64,000 nucleotides of DNA from Flaccisagitta enflata (GCA_965153355.1 OZ231126.1:23312001-23376000), one strand, 5' to 3'. Counted from the stretch's first letter, positions 15,043 to 28,869 are shown. Numbers and translations are program-made. Notes: generated by a model not told the origin, from the sequence alone.

Positions 15043-16674
15043 CTATTCCTAAGTAATTGTTAGGCTAGTTGGTAACCTTTACATAGATATACCATATCAA
15101 AACATTGTCAAACGGTGACATCTAAGTTCAGGTAGAGTTGTCTCCCTGATAGATGAACTTAAATCAACAAAGACCAACTGACAGTCATAAATTCATAAGA
15201 GCTAATTGGTTTGACCTCCCTTGCGCGGTGTTTTAAAAGCCAACTCTCGATCTCACTAATGAGATTGCGTAACTGTTATGTGGATTGATGAGACACTTGA
15301 CAATTTACGTGCTTCAGCTCAACTTCACCATCATCATCTTATGCAGCAAAATAGATCAATTTGAGTTTTTATTGGTTTTTAAAGCGATGTACCTTATTTG
15401 TTATTTCCTCTAATTAGCGCCCGGGGCGCTTGCAAAATTGAAAAAAAATGACATTGCCTGTTTTACCTCCTAATTAGCGCTCCCTCTAATATATTACACA
15501 GTGAGTAAAATACTGAAAACTTAATTAAAATAAAAGATATTAGTAAGAAAAAAAATCTACACATGAAGTTAGAAAGATAAAAAAAAATTCAATAAAAAAC
15601 TCCTTATAACACAATATTCAATGAAATAAATAACATGGCTGAGATGAGATTTTTTTCAAAAAGATTAAAGGGGCACTAACTTGAGGAAATACGGTAATAC
15701 GTATATATCTGTTGATTGTCTCAGCCAATGGAGATATGAATTTAGACAGGAATTGAATTGAATTGAAAACACATCTATTCCCGAGACAAGCAACCGAGGT
15801 CATCAAAAAAGGACAGGGATACTGATGCGAACCCAACCCGTACAGGCAAAAACAACAGGGCCGGATACGCGCTCAATAAGTAGTCGCTTGATGGTGGGCA
15901 AGGGCAGTATGTGAGTGTGGCCCTGTATTGTGGCAGGGCAGGGCCGCTGATGCATGATGCTCAGAAAGGGCCGATTTCGTGTCATCCAAGTTTTCGCGTC
16001 CCAGACTGTCCTACCAAGTGGCACACTTAGCCAATGAACATATAGGAAATTGAGCCGGTTTGGGCTTTTTTTTTCATGACGAAATTAGTTTGCGTCTGGA
16101 GGAACCAAAAAGAGAAATGCTGCCATTTACTTCCACGGTATTAAGGCACCGCCCAAGCTTGCAATTCCAAGATCCCATTCAACCATTTCATTTTCTCTCT
16201 CTTTCTCTCTTTTTCTCTTTTTCTCTTTCTCTCTACAGCGAACTAAAAAAGTAACCTTCCTTTGCTTTTAATAGAATCGTACTAGGGAGTGCTCTTTGAT
16301 TTGGTTTTAGTTATTAAAGTGGCAACTATATCAGGAATGGAATGTGGTGTCTCTCTTTAGCTTGTTTTGAGTGTTTTTTTTATCTCTTGTCAACCGCGCT
16401 TATGATGATTTACAATGTCCTTTTTGTTGTTACGCGCGTGAATATTATTTTGCGCAGATATTTAATTGAGCATGCTTTGCTTTCCACCGAGACCCAAAAT
16501 CGATAATTCACACAAATTTTTGTTTGTTTGAAGTATTTGCTGCCTGGACTTGAACATGAGAACATCCTTCATTGAATCAATTGAATCATTCATTCATCCA
16601 TTCAAAGATTCATTGAACCATTTCATTTATTCATTCATTCTTCCATGGCTTAATTCGTTTTTTTTTTTTTTTTG

Positions 16675-17140
16675 CAGCGGCCCTGAAGGGGAAAGAAGGG
16701 GACGAAGTCCTGTGGAACACGGGGGACTTTCGTTCGTCCGACCATACGTCCATTTGTTCGTTAGTCCCCCCCCCCCGGCACTCTTTGGCCTGAAATTGCC
16801 CTCTCAGGCCCTCTCAGACCTTGAATCTGCCCTCTCAGGCCTGAAATCTGCCCTCTCAGGCCTGTAACCTGTCCTCTTGGCCCTAAATCTGCCCTTTCAG
16901 ATTCAAGGCCTGAGAAGGCAGATTTCAGGCCTGAGAGGGTTGATTTCAGGCCTGAGAGGACCTGATGGGGACTGAGAGATGGACGGACAAACAAATGGAC
17001 GGATGCAAGTCCCCGTGTTCAACGGGACTTCGTCCCCTTTGGGGCCGCTGCCCTGCTTGCTCTCATTCCAATTCACAACCATGCAAAGCAGGGCAACGGG
17101 TATCGCTGACCACATACATTGCCCTTGGGCGACCTGTTTA
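16675..17140 (+). mobile_element. GGGCAGCGGCCCC-family interspersed repeat (Helentron/DINE-1-like). Other copies near 31170-31850, 39140-39690, 40105-40625, 40935-41410, 42355-43037, 46478-46695, 52385-52680, 54355-55100 and 59257-59760
   Basis: Asymmetric subterminal inverted repeats enclosing 21-bp tandem repeats, then a tail ending in a small hairpin and T-rich end. The family assignment is inference. Confidence 0.6.
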
Positions 17141-17494
17141 TTCATCCATTGATTTACTCAGTCTTCCGTCCATTCATTGAGTCATCCATCCATCATTCAT
17201 GCATTCATATCGGCCGTTTTGTAATTTTTTGTTGAAAATGCCGATCTTAGACTTAAATCATAAGCGCTTTGAAACTCATCCATACATCCATACGTCCATT
17301 CATTCATTCATTCATTCATTCATTCATCCGTCCATTCATTCGCTGATCGGCCATTTCTGCTATTGAGCGGAGAATGTCGGTCTAAACTCATTACCGCTTT
17401 GATTACGAGCTTCATTTAGACAGATTTGAATTTGAGTGTGTCAAAAAGGTTTCAAAAAATTAATTTTTGGTCGAGATTTTTCCCGGTCGTTTAA

Positions 17495-17786
17495 GGGTGT
17501 GTTTCTAGTGAAGACCAAAAACGCGTTTGTTCCTGTGAAACGCGACCACAGCGTGAACACATATTCAAGAATTTCAACTATCCAAAGAGGGAGTGAGCGA
17601 AGTGAGTGAGCAAGCCCTTGAATGGAGTGGAGTGAAGCGGAGCGCAGCGAAGTGAAGCGGAGCGCCGCAAAATGAAGCGGAGCACTGTGAAGCGAGTGAG
17701 CGTAATGAGCGGTGCAAGCGAACGGACGGAGCGAGCGACCAAGTGGCCCTTTCAAAACGCGATCGTCTTTGACTAGAAACGCCCCC
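17495..17786. mobile_element. PIF/Harbinger-type MITE, copy 2
   Basis: GGG-starting TIRs (GGGTGTGTTTCTAGT / ACTAGAAACGCCCCC) with a TAA TSD. Confidence 0.8.
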
Positions 17787-18316
17787 TAAAAGGAGGAAAC
17801 GACCATGAAATTGATTATAAGGTTTTAGTGGATTTACAAGAATTGTTTTGATATAATTTTCGATTTTTTGAATTGCGCGAATGAAATCATTGAACGACTA
17901 TGGTTATTGTCTTTGTTACACTTAGTTGCTGTAGTTATTGATATATTTTGACATCTTAAAAATTGACATTTCTGTTTAAATGGTTAAATTGAATTTCTAA
18001 GGCGTTTCATGATGTCTGTCTGTTATTTTTTTTTCTTTTTCTTTTTTTTTTTAGTCGCGTGCCACGCGACTCTATAACCCGCTATGTCGGTTGGTCGGTC
18101 GGTCCGTCGGTCTCCGCTAATTTTTTTCGTCATTTAACATCGTTTTAGGTCATTTTACATTTTGACTTTTTGTCTTTTAATCTTGACGACCGCACGCGAC
18201 TTAAGAGGTGTTGGCCTTGTTTTGTTTTTTTGCCCATCAATTATTTCCACTAAAGCCTTTTTTTTTTTTGCTGCCGATGCTCAAAGTTGTTGTTTTTGAT
18301 AAAGCCCAAGTAGCAG

Positions 18317-20128
18317 CAGGCCTGTATATAGTTGCATAATCCCCCCTCCTCCGGCGGGGGGGGGGGGGGAAATAAAATCAAAGGATTTGGAAATGGTGGA
18401 AAAATGAAAAGAAGAAGAATAAAGAAGATTTTACACTTTTGGCAGTACTAAAATATAATATTTAGGTATTACAACACTATTTTATACTATTTAAACCCAT
18501 ATATTACTTTATAGGGGGTATATGACATGGAGAAAGATAAAAGTGAATTAGCTAGTCACGTTATTTTTGCATATAATTTTGCATCGAAAACTCTCATTTT
18601 TGACCAAAAATGTGTTCTGCTGGCAAAATAGATATCATATTGTCACTTCCCAGGCAGATGATACTCTTGTGGGCTCATAAGAGTCCTAACTGAAGTGATC
18701 TCTCTTAAAGAAAAATAAGAAATCTCAAAAAAACGCTGTAATGATCCAGACAACCTGACTTCTTTACCCTGTTGACGACACATATTGTGGTTTCAGTTCC
18801 TGTTTTTGGATGAAATCCACTCAGGCTTTCATAAGGTTTGTGTGAAAAAAATTGTCACAATTTGTGCCAATTAACATATGCCAAAATAAAAATTAATATA
18901 GAAATAGCCAAAATGTAATGAAAAATGAGAAATTTTAGCAAAAATTGGTTCTGCTCTGATTTGGCGCACTTCCTGATGGCGCAGCGCCACAAGATTTTAG
19001 GACAAGTTAACTGGATGTGTCATCCACTTGCAGTTCAAATTTCATCCCCCTGCGACTATTTTAACATGTGTTTCTAAAAATTTTTTGTTGAGATGTGTGG
19101 CAATCAAGGGTTTCGGGAAAAAACATTTTAGAATTTGAGAATCAAGAATAAGGAAAACCAAGAACAATTTTGCATTTCCAAAAACATGAGCACCTAGATA
19201 TTGGATTTTGCCAGGTGCTGATGTTTTTCGTTTTTGCAGTTTTTCATTTTTTATGCAAATTCTTGATTCTCAATGAGACATGTCGGAATGACAAAATTGT
19301 GAATTTCTCCTTGACACTTGATCTAAGTACTGATGAGCACAAATTAAGGCTCTGAGGGTCCCCATGAGTGGCCAGGTGGCTCAATTAGATCCAGGGTCAT
19401 GCAGAGGGGGGTCACCCCCATCTAAGATAGGGGCCCAGGCCCTAGGGGGGCTTAAGGGCCCCCTAATGTGTGAGAAAAAAAGAAAAAAAGACAGGCCAAA
19501 AATCACTGGAGCAACTTACAAGTGTAAAAGAACAATATATGGGGGGCGGGTTTGACTCAGAATAGTCACCCGGGGTAGGGGCGTTATTTCTCTCTACAGC
19601 CCTGATTAGATCTTAGGGGGCTAATATGCTGGTACGAACTCCAAATCAATCAAGGATTATATATGATTCACAGTTCCTGAATTCCTGTCACAAGATTGTG
19701 GGCTGAGAGCAGGGGTGAGTTTTCATACATCCAGTGCAGGGGTGAGTTTTCATACATCAGATGCAGGAGGGGGGGGCAGCTTTACAGAGCCCAAGAGCCT
19801 AAGAGGGTTGATTTCAGGTTCTAAAGACTAGATTTTAGACCTGGACGGTTTAGATTAGGGCTTCATGCATGTGAGGGCTGCTCTCAGGATAAAGCAAGTG
19901 AAAACTGATTTCAGCCTTTAGTGAATTCAGCAATTTATGGCTTGGGAGGGAACTTTTCAGGCTCATAGGGCTGATTTTTGGCTTATTTTGGGCTAGTTTC
20001 AAGCTCTAGAACAAGATTTCAGGCCTCAATAGGCTTTAATGGGGCTTCAGGTCTCAAGAGGGGGGGAAGATAGATGGACATGAAGAGGAAAGAGTGAAAT
20101 GAAGAAAGAAACAAAAAAGAAAGAAAAA

Positions 20129-20180
<52 letters not shown>

Positions 20181-20184
20181 AAAA

Positions 20185-20227
<43 letters not shown>

Positions 20228-20426
20228 GAAGAAAGAAAAAAAGAAAGGAAAAAAGAAAGGAAAAAAGAAAGCAAGAAAGAAAGAGAGAAAGAAAGAAAGA
20301 AAGAGAACGCGAGAAAGAAAGAGAAAGGAAAAAAGAAAGAAAGAAAGAAAAAGAAAGAAAGAAAGAAAGAAAAGAAAGAGAATGAATGAGAGGATTAAGA
20401 CTAAGAAAGAAAGAAAAGAAAGAAAG

Positions 20427-20506
<80 letters not shown>

Positions 20507-20510
20507 GAAA

Positions 20511-20566
<56 letters not shown>

Positions 20567-20760
20567 TAGAAATGAAAGAAAGAAAGAAAGAAAGAAAGAA
20601 AGGAAAAAAAGAAAAAAAGAAAGGAAACAAAAAAGAAAGAAAAAGAAAGAAAGAAAGAGAAAGAAAAAGAAGGAAAAAGAAGGAAAGAAGGAAAGAAGGA
20701 AAGAAAGAAAGAAGGAATGAAAGAAAGAAAGAAAGAATGAAAGAAAGAAAGAAAGAGAAA

Positions 20761-20808
<48 letters not shown>

Positions 20809-21016
20809 GAAAGAAAGAAAAAAAAAAAAAAGAAAGAAAGAGGTAGAGAGAAGAAAGCAAAAAAAAAAAAAAAAAAAAAAAAAACTAAGAAAGAAAGAAA
20901 GACAGATAGAGGCAAGAAAAAAAAGAAAGAAAAAGCAAGAAAGTAATAAAAGAAACAATGGGAAGAGAGAAAGAAAAGAAAGAGAAACAAAGAAAGAAAG
21001 AAAGAAAGAAAGAAAT

Positions 21017-21052
<36 letters not shown>

Positions 21053-21097
21053 AAAGAAAAAAAAGAAACGAAAGAAAGAAACGAGAGAGAGAGAGAG

Positions 21098-21144
<47 letters not shown>

Positions 21145-21235
21145 GAGAGGAGAAAACTATTCTCAGTAGTGAAAGCAGAAAGAGAGAAAGAAACGAGAAA
21201 GAAAGAAAGAAAAAAAGAAAAAAAAAGAAAGAAAA

Positions 21236-21268
<33 letters not shown>

Positions 21269-21275
21269 AAGAAAC

Positions 21276-21315
<40 letters not shown>

Positions 21316-22720
21316 AAAAAAGAAAGAAAGAAAACGCGCAGACAGAAAGAAAACGCGCATTTATGATGGTGCAGTTGTTATTGTATGTGTGCTTGTGTTG
21401 GAGTGGGGGTAAGGAGTCAGGGTTGGGGTAAGGCTGGGGGTTAGATGGCCCTGCCCACCCGTTCCCAACGATATTGTGACCCCGCGTTACTTGTTTTTTA
21501 GGAGCGACAAAGCACCTCTATAACTGGCTGTCTGTTGTTCAGTCGGTCGGTCGATTGGTTGGTCAGTTGGTCGGTTGATTGGTCGGTAACGCATTTGTTC
21601 GACAATCCACACGTCGCACCTATTGGCCTACTTGGCCTTGTTCATTCATGAATGCTTTTTAGTCGCTTGCTAAGCGACTGATCAGAGGGTATGTTCATTG
21701 GTCGGGAGCGACTCTAAAAGAGCCTTTCTCATTGAGAGGGAGTGTTGATTGAATAGAGGGATGCGCCACTTTTCCTGCCCACCCACATAACAGCCCCCAA
21801 CCACCCACAAAACTGCCCCTGTCCACCCGAATAACTGCTTCTGCCCATTCCAAGCGATTCCGTATTGGTCGTGTTTCCGTCCTCGTTTTTGTCCCGTGCA
21901 GATGTCCAGCATGTGCATCTGTTCAATCCACGAATGCCCTTCCATGAATAAGACTGATGTGTTGGTCGGTGGGTCGCTCAGCCCTCTATTTGGTTCCGAA
22001 TTAAGGATTGCTATTGATGAGAAAAGCAGATAAAAAAATAGTTATCATTCATGACTGAATTGAAATCTTATCTCATCAAATCAAATCAAATTTATAAATG
22101 AAAGAATGAATGAATGAGTGAATGAATGAATGAATGAATGAATGAATGAATGAATATGCATACAAAGTATGGATGATTGAAGTTATAGACAACTGCTGAA
22201 TGTGTAATCGCAAGCTAACATCCAGATTATAACAATCAAATTATGACATGATGAAAAAATGAGCAAAAAATGGCTTTTTATTGCTTTTATTGACTTATAA
22301 TTAAGCAAATTAATAAAGAATTTTATAAAAATTGGATATTTTATATAAATTAGATATAATAACAATATTTTGAAGTATTTTTTTATTGAATATACTTGAA
22401 AAATATGAAAAAATCTCATTATATTGTGAAAATCATTATTAAATATTAAATTATTAATATTTAGCTAATTAAAATAGATTTTGCATTAATTTTTTTTGTT
22501 TTGTAATCAGAAAGTGATATACTATGCTACCATGAAGAAAAAAAATATTTTATGACACTTTGATTTTTTAACCTTGGTGACTACCAAATTTCACGCGATC
22601 TTGCACCGTGTCATATGGGGAAGAAAATCAGATGTAGTTTGACCCCGCGGGAAAGGAAATCAAAGGACCAAGAGGGGGGGGGGGAAGAAATCAATAGTCG
22701 TGCAACTATTCACACCCCTG
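18317..22720. mobile_element. Non-autonomous hAT-type element, 4.4 kb, with nested insertions
   Basis: Imperfect TIRs CAGGCCTGTATATAGTTGCA / TGCAACTATTCACACCCCTG; perfect 8-bp TSD AGTAGCAG (18309-18316, 22721-22728). Confidence 0.85.
20095..21345 (+). repeat. (AAAG)n purine tract, about 1.25 kb
   Basis: Directly visible. Confidence 0.95.
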
Positions 22721-22764
22721 AGTAGCAGTCTTTGATAGATTTTGCATTTATTTTCTTTTTATAG

Positions 22765-22840
22765 GTTGGTCAGTATGTGGGGAAGGTGGACGAGGGTTCT
22801 CCTGCTGCGCTATCAGGAATGAAAGAACATGACAGAATAG
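22765..22840 (+). CDS. Sip1: NHERF-like exon 2 (VGQYVGKVDEGSPAALSGMKEHDRI)
   Basis: Acceptor ttttttatag, donor G|GTGAGT (phase 1). PDZ core GQYV..V..GSPA...G....DRI. Confidence 0.93.
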
Positions 22841-22876
22841 GTGAGTCACTGTTGATGTGTGTGTGTGAGTCACTGT

Positions 22877-22984
<108 letters not shown>

Positions 22985-23011
22985 TTAGCCTTCTTGGGTA
23001 AAGTAAAGGAT

Positions 23012-25850
23012 GGCTGTCTTATTCTTAATCAGTGGCAGGAGTGGCAAGTGGGGAGTGGGCAGTGGCGTCTGATACTATATAAAGTTTACTGTTGTCATTG
23101 TTAATTACAATTCACTGCCCACTGGTCCTGGCCCCACTTGCCACTTGCCACCCCCCACTTGCCACTTGCCACTCCCCACTTGCCACTCCCCTTACCACTC
23201 CCACTAGCCATACTCCCCACTGGCCACTCCTCACTGGGCGCCACTCCCTCACTGGCTGACTCCCCACTGTCAGCTCCTCACTGGCCACCCCCCACTGCCA
23301 TCCCACTGGCCACTCCCCACTGGCCACTCCCCACTGGCCACTCCCCACTGGCCACTCCCCACTGGCCACTCCCACTGGCCACTTCTCACTGGCTACTCCT
23401 CCCATTGGCCACTCCTCTCTTGCCACTCCCCCACTGGCTACTTGCCACTCCCCCCTACTCCCATTTGGTTACTCCTTATTTGCTACTTCCCACTTACATT
23501 TCCTACTCTTCTTATTTGCTACCACTCCCTACCTGCCACTCCCTACTCCCCACTTGCTGTGGAAGAGTAGAACCGGTTAGCAAAGGAGATTTGCTAGAAT
23601 CTCATTTGCATATTGCAGACAGTTATTAATGCATTTATAATTTATAACATTATCTTTTCATTAGTTTGATTTCCAGTTATTCTTACTAGTCTTGTTTAAA
23701 TTTCATAGCTATATTTATATTGTTATATTGATGATCATTTGATAGTTTTATTTCACCTTGATGGTTTCAACTGTGGTTAGTTTGATGTGTTTGGAGGATT
23801 TGATTATACTCAAAGGAAATCCACTTGCCACTCCCCACTTGCCACTCCCCACTCTGCCACTCCCCCACTCTGCCACCTCCCCACTCTGCTACCCCCACTC
23901 TGCCACTCCTCACGGTTGCTCCCCACTCTGCCACTTCCCACTTGCCACTCCCCACTTGCTACTTCCCACTCCCTACTGCCAACTCCTCACTCCACTTGCC
24001 ACTACTCGCTTCTCCCAACTACCTGCTAATATCCCGATTCTAGTTGCAGGAAATTAGGAATATAGCTGATAACATCCTAGTCCAGGTTTTACTATCCCCT
24101 TCGAGCTCCGTTTTGCGCCGCTTCAATGACGATTTCGCCTGCAGTTTCATCTTAACATTTGGACCTCGCTATTCTCTTCGCATCCCATCTTAGCATCTTT
24201 CCAACTTCTTATCCCATCTCATCTTCGCGTCACCATGGAAATAGGTAAAAGATAGGGATTTGGGGTTGAGGTTAGTTTAAGGGTTGAGGTTAGTTTAGGG
24301 TTGAGGTTAGTTTAGGCTGAGGTTAGTTTTAAGGTTGAGGTTAGGTTTAGGGTTGAGGTTAGGTTTAGGCTTGAGGTGTTAGGTTTAGGTTGAGCAGTTT
24401 AGGCTGAGGTTAGGTTTAGGTTGAGGCTATGTTTAGGTTGAGGCTATGTTTAGGTTTGTGGCTTGAGGCTAGGCTTAAGGCTGAGGTTAGGTTTAGGCTA
24501 TTTAGGTTGAAGAAGTTAGGGTTGAGGTTAGGTTAAGGTTAGGTTAAGAGTTGAAAGTTAGGTTTAGGTTGAGGTTAGGTTTAGGTTGAGGCTTAGGTTG
24601 GAGTGCTTAGGTTTAGGGTTGAGGATAGGTTTAGGGTTTAGGGCGGAGGCGAGTTTTAGGTTGAGGTTAGGTTTAGGTTGAGGTTAGGCTTAGGGCTATG
24701 CTAGTTTAGGGTTGAGGTTAGGCTTAGGGTTGAGGCTAGGTTTAGGTTGAGGTTAGGGTTAAGGGGCTGAGGTTAGGTTTAGGTTGAGGTTAGGTTTAGG
24801 GTGAGGGTTAGGTTTAGGTTGAGGCAGCCTAGGCTGAGGTTAGGTTTAGGCTGGAGGCTAGGTTTAGGTTGAGGTTAGGCCAGGGCTGAGTGCTAGGTTT
24901 AGGTTGAGGTTAGGCTAGGCTGAGTGCTAGGTTTAGGCTAAGTTAGATTAAGGGGTTGAGGTTAGGGTTGAGGTTAGGTTTAGGGTTGAGGTTTGAGGTT
25001 GAGGCTAGGCTTCAGTGCTGGCGTTTGTGGGCCTAGGCTGGGAGTTAGGCCTTAGGGGCTGAGGTTAGGCTTAGGGTCCAGGTTAAGCTTTTAAGGCTGA
25101 GGTTAGGTTCCAGGTTGTTAGGTTTAGGGTTGGAGTTAGGTTTAAGGTAGATTAGGTTTAGGGTTGAGGTTAAGTTTAAGGTTGAGGTTAAGTTGTGAAC
25201 ATGTGATTTTTTTGGATTTTCCCATTTTTATTCAGGATACTAAACCGAACTTTCGTTGGTGCCTTTCCCATTGCTTTGAAATCACCGCATCTTTCATCGC
25301 CGCAGCCTCGCGCATTGCTGCAGCTTCGTGCATCACCACGCCACTGCATCGCAGCGCCGTCGCTGCATTCAGTTGACTCGAATCAATTACAGCGACTTCT
25401 CCCTCAAATCTCTCCTTCGTTCAATTGGCAAGAGTTCTGTTTCCATTTCAAGGTAGCTTCCCTTTTAAGGTTTCTTGAAGAAAATATCATGGTGTTGGTG
25501 AATCCTACCATGAATGGTCAAAAAAGAATCTCAGGTATGTCATAATTATGTTTTACTCAGTTAATCAACTTTTTGCTTAAGGTACGTCGTTAGCTAAATC
25601 TATCCACCACACACTACTTTAACTTACCAATGCCCAGTGCCTACTCTTCACTCCCTACTCCCCACTCCCCACTGCCCACTCCCCACTGCCCACTCTCCAC
25701 TGCCCACTCCACTGCCCACTCCCCACTCCCCACTGCCCACTCCCCACTGCCCACTCCCCACTGCCCACTCCCCACTGCCCACTCCCCACTGCCCACTGCC
25801 CATTGGGCAGTGGCAAGCCACTGCTCCCACTGCTCAAAAATAAGACAGCT
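23012..25850. mobile_element. Degenerate TIR element with CCACT minisatellites and a nested TTAGG-like array
   Basis: GGCTGTCTTATTCTTAATCAGTGG at the left end versus CCACTGCTCAAAAATAAGACAGCT at the right; the TSD is not clear. Confidence 0.55.
24262..25192 (+). repeat. Degenerate telomere-like array (about 17-nt unit GGTTGAGGTTAGGTTTA)
   Basis: Many TTAGG/TTAGGG/TTGAGG units, with one G-rich strand. Confidence 0.85.
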
Positions 25851-26710
25851 ATTGTTAAATCGAGCCCTTTTCTTTTCTTTTCTTTTGTGTTTTTTTTTTG
25901 TAAGATAGAACGGCTAATAGAACATGGCCAAGTAGGCCGATAAGGCGCGACGAGTGGATCGTCAAACGAATGCGTTACCGACCAACCAACCAACCGACTA
26001 ACGGACACAGCCAGTTAAAGAGGTGCTTTGTCGCACCTAAAAACAGATGTCGTGATCATGACTAGATTTCGTCTCATTTTACGATAATCATTGACCTGAT
26101 GAGAAATAGATTGTACTCCACTATAAGAATAAATTCAAGTCTCGGCACGCGCTCAATAAATCAAATTTTTCAAACTATTTTATATCAGTCATAAAAAATC
26201 TCGTGAATGCAAATGGTCTGATAGGAAACGGTAAATACAATGATCTGTCTGAATTTAGCAGGAGAAAGGAAAATTGGTCTTTTGTTTTTCTAGCTGAATA
26301 ATATTTTCGCGCGGGTGGGTTTTAGCTGAGGTGTGGTCAGGGATAGGGGTTGGTTAGGGGTAGGGTCAGAGGTTATGTAACGTTTAGGGATAGGGTTAGG
26401 GTAGGGTTAGGGGTAAGGTTGCAGTAATGAATTCGTGAAAAAAACAAGTGCACAACCACTTTGGCTGATCTGTCCCGCCATACGCCAGTGAAAACAGCTC
26501 ACAATTTACAGTTGCCATTAGCCAGTAAATGCATTTCACAATTAAGTACAGTAACAGTTACGACTTACAGTTGAAAAACGGATGCCAAGGGTCTTAAGGG
26601 ACCATCAAATCTTATCTACTTAAGGTAGATTCCTCTATTGCCAATATAGGTAACGACTTAATTGATATTTTGTGTTTTCATTTCCCCCCCCCTCCCCCAC
26701 CCTTACCCAG

Positions 26711-26914
26711 TTGAAGTGAACGGCGTGAACATCGGCAACGAGAATCACAAACAGGTCGTCGAACGCATCAAAACCAATCCCAACGAGACCCAGCTGCTCG
26801 TCGTAGACCGGAACACAGACAATTTCTACAGAGACAAGAAGATCGTCATCAAAGGCACACTGCCTACTGTACTTTACCTCAAAAACCCTACGGTCGAAGA
26901 AGAAAGGCTCAATG
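26711..26914 (+). CDS. Sip1: NHERF-like exon 3 (VEVNGVNIGNENHKQVVERIK...LLVVDRNTDNFY...)
   Basis: Acceptor ccttacccag, donor G|GTGAGA. C-terminal half of the PDZ domain (EVNG, H..VV..IK, LLVVD); phases match the flanking exons. Confidence 0.95.
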
Positions 26915-27154
26915 GTGAGAAGGGGGTTGGTGTTGATGTTGTTGTTTTCATTGTTGCTGTTATTGTTATTATTGTTGTTAGTGTTGTTGGTGTTGGTGTT
27001 GTTGTTGTTGTCGTTGTTTTTGTTACTGTTGTTGGTGTTGTTGTTGTTGTTTTTGTTGTTGTTGTTATTGTTGTTGTTATTGTTGTTCTTTGTTCTTCTT
27101 CTGTTTCATTTTCCTCTTCTGGTTATAAAACACTCACTTCGATCTTTTCAACAG

Positions 27155-27201
27155 AGAGTATGGCAAAACGCGTGACCATATCGGAACCAGAAAAGTTAAA
27201 A
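27155..27201 (+). CDS. Sip1: NHERF-like exon 4 (ESMAKRVTISEPEKLK)
   Basis: Acceptor cttttcaacag, donor AAA|GTAAGT, phase 1 to 0; keeps the frame. Confidence 0.7.
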
Positions 27202-28118
27202 GTAAGTCAACTCTTTACAGTAACTATATCAAGACTAACTGCACTGGATCCTCTGGGTCAAAACATTAGATCTTGACCAATAAACAGACATTTTGAAAAG
27301 TTAATGATTGGATACTATCGAATATGAAGAACAGTAAAAACTACTTGTAAAAGATCTGAAAAACAAAACATATAGATAGACGGACTAAAGAACTGACGAG
27401 GGGCTCGACAGACCATCTTAAGAGACAAGGAATCCTCGTCAAGTACGCATCGAAACATTTGCTTATATATCCTTCCCTTATGTTTCTACCGTTTTTACGG
27501 TGGAAGACTATAATTCGCGAATCATAAAAGATTTTTTTCACCCTGGCCAATTTGTAGCAATATGATTTACATATTCAATACTCTACAAAATGACATGCCG
27601 CGTAAAAAAAATTGAAATAAACAAATCATTCTTTTTGCTTCATTTCCTTTTATAGAACTAAATTACTGGATTCTCATCACCATAATCACCTTCACGGCTT
27701 ACTCTAGCAATCTCTCATCTCTCAACATCTTTCGGCTTTTATTTAAAACAAAAGTAGCTTCAATCATTATTTTTTCCATTTTCTCATGTTGTAAGTTCAG
27801 TTTCTTTCTATATCCTTTTTCTATCGCCAATCTTTTTTATTCTTACGCCCAATCATTGATTTTTTGCCGGTACATTATAATAAAGACAGTTCTCCCTAAC
27901 CATTTATTCATTGAATTGTCAGAGTAATAAATTTGAATTATAGTGCTGAAATTGTCTCTTCAATTATAGTGCTGAAATTGTCTCTTCAATGAAAATGCAG
28001 ATGTACACTGAAATCAATGATGGGTGTCGTTATTAATTATTCTAAGTCTAACAATCTATTGTTTCCTTATACTAGGCATTTTAACACAACACACTTACTT
28101 GCATGAAAATAGCACGTA

Positions 28119-28298
28119 CAGTGGAACCACTCTCCTACGGACCCGCTTCAAACGGAATTCCACCTTTATTAAATATTTGTTACTCATTGCTTCAAGTTGA
28201 TTTCTTTTTTTTTTTCCTTTTTTGACAATAACAGAAGTTCGCCTATAATATAAAAAAATTAATGGTCCCCTGAAATCCGTTAGAGCGGGGTTCAACTG
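28119..28298. mobile_element. Short pogo/Tc1-like MITE (CAGTGGAACC / GGTTCAACTG)
   Basis: Inverted ends with TA on both sides. Confidence 0.75.
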
Positions 28299-28778
28299 TA
28301 TTCCTAACTTTTAGAGCTAACTTTTCGACCTTTGTTCTCTTGTGGATTACTTGTTCACTTCTTTTCAGTGCAGACTTCAAAGCCTCGATAAGAATTGATT
28401 TCCAGGTTGAAAACCGAGAAAATACCGTACTTGCCCCAGAAACTATGAGTATCGCATGTAACTCTGATCACTATTTTGCTTATTCATATTTAAGAAACAA
28501 TTTAGTTTTGATAATTCCGTTTAGTAACATTTGGTCATTTTTTTTCTACTCAACTTATCCAAAAATAGTGTGTTGTGTCGCAAGTTTCAGTCTTCTTGAT
28601 ATTGGTGCCCTAACTCCCCTCATCATAACTCCCCTCATCACTTTATTTGAGTCAGGATGAATATGAAGCATGATTTGCCGTTTTCTAAGTGTTCCAACCA
28701 ATTCATTCAAAAATCCACACTTTCAAATTTCCTTTCATAACGTGTGATTGTGTTCTTGTTTTTTTTTTACATTTGAAG

Positions 28779-28869
28779 ACTGAGGAAGAATACGATCCAA
28801 ATTACGCGACTATTGGAACTCCATCACCACCTCCTCCACCCGAAGTCTCCTCCCCTCCATCACCCATTG
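28779..28869 (+). CDS. Sip1: NHERF-like exon 5 (TEEEYDPNYATIGTPSPPPPPEVSSPPSPI)
   Basis: T-tract plus tttgaag acceptor, donor G|GTAAGG, phase 0 to 1; Pro-rich open frame. Confidence 0.75.

Noticed and set aside
20019-21431. KERK-rich and FLSF-rich ORFs up to 323 aa
   Set aside because: An (AAAG)n tract open in many frames; it lies inside a transposon within an intron.
24262-25192. True telomere
   Set aside because: Degenerate, intronic and flanked by genic sequence on both sides.
26915-27154. Apparent poly-Val transmembrane segment after the PDZ domain in ORF 26662-27276
   Set aside because: It is a GT-AG intron filled with (GTT)n that happens to stay in frame. Retention cannot be excluded, but nothing supports it.
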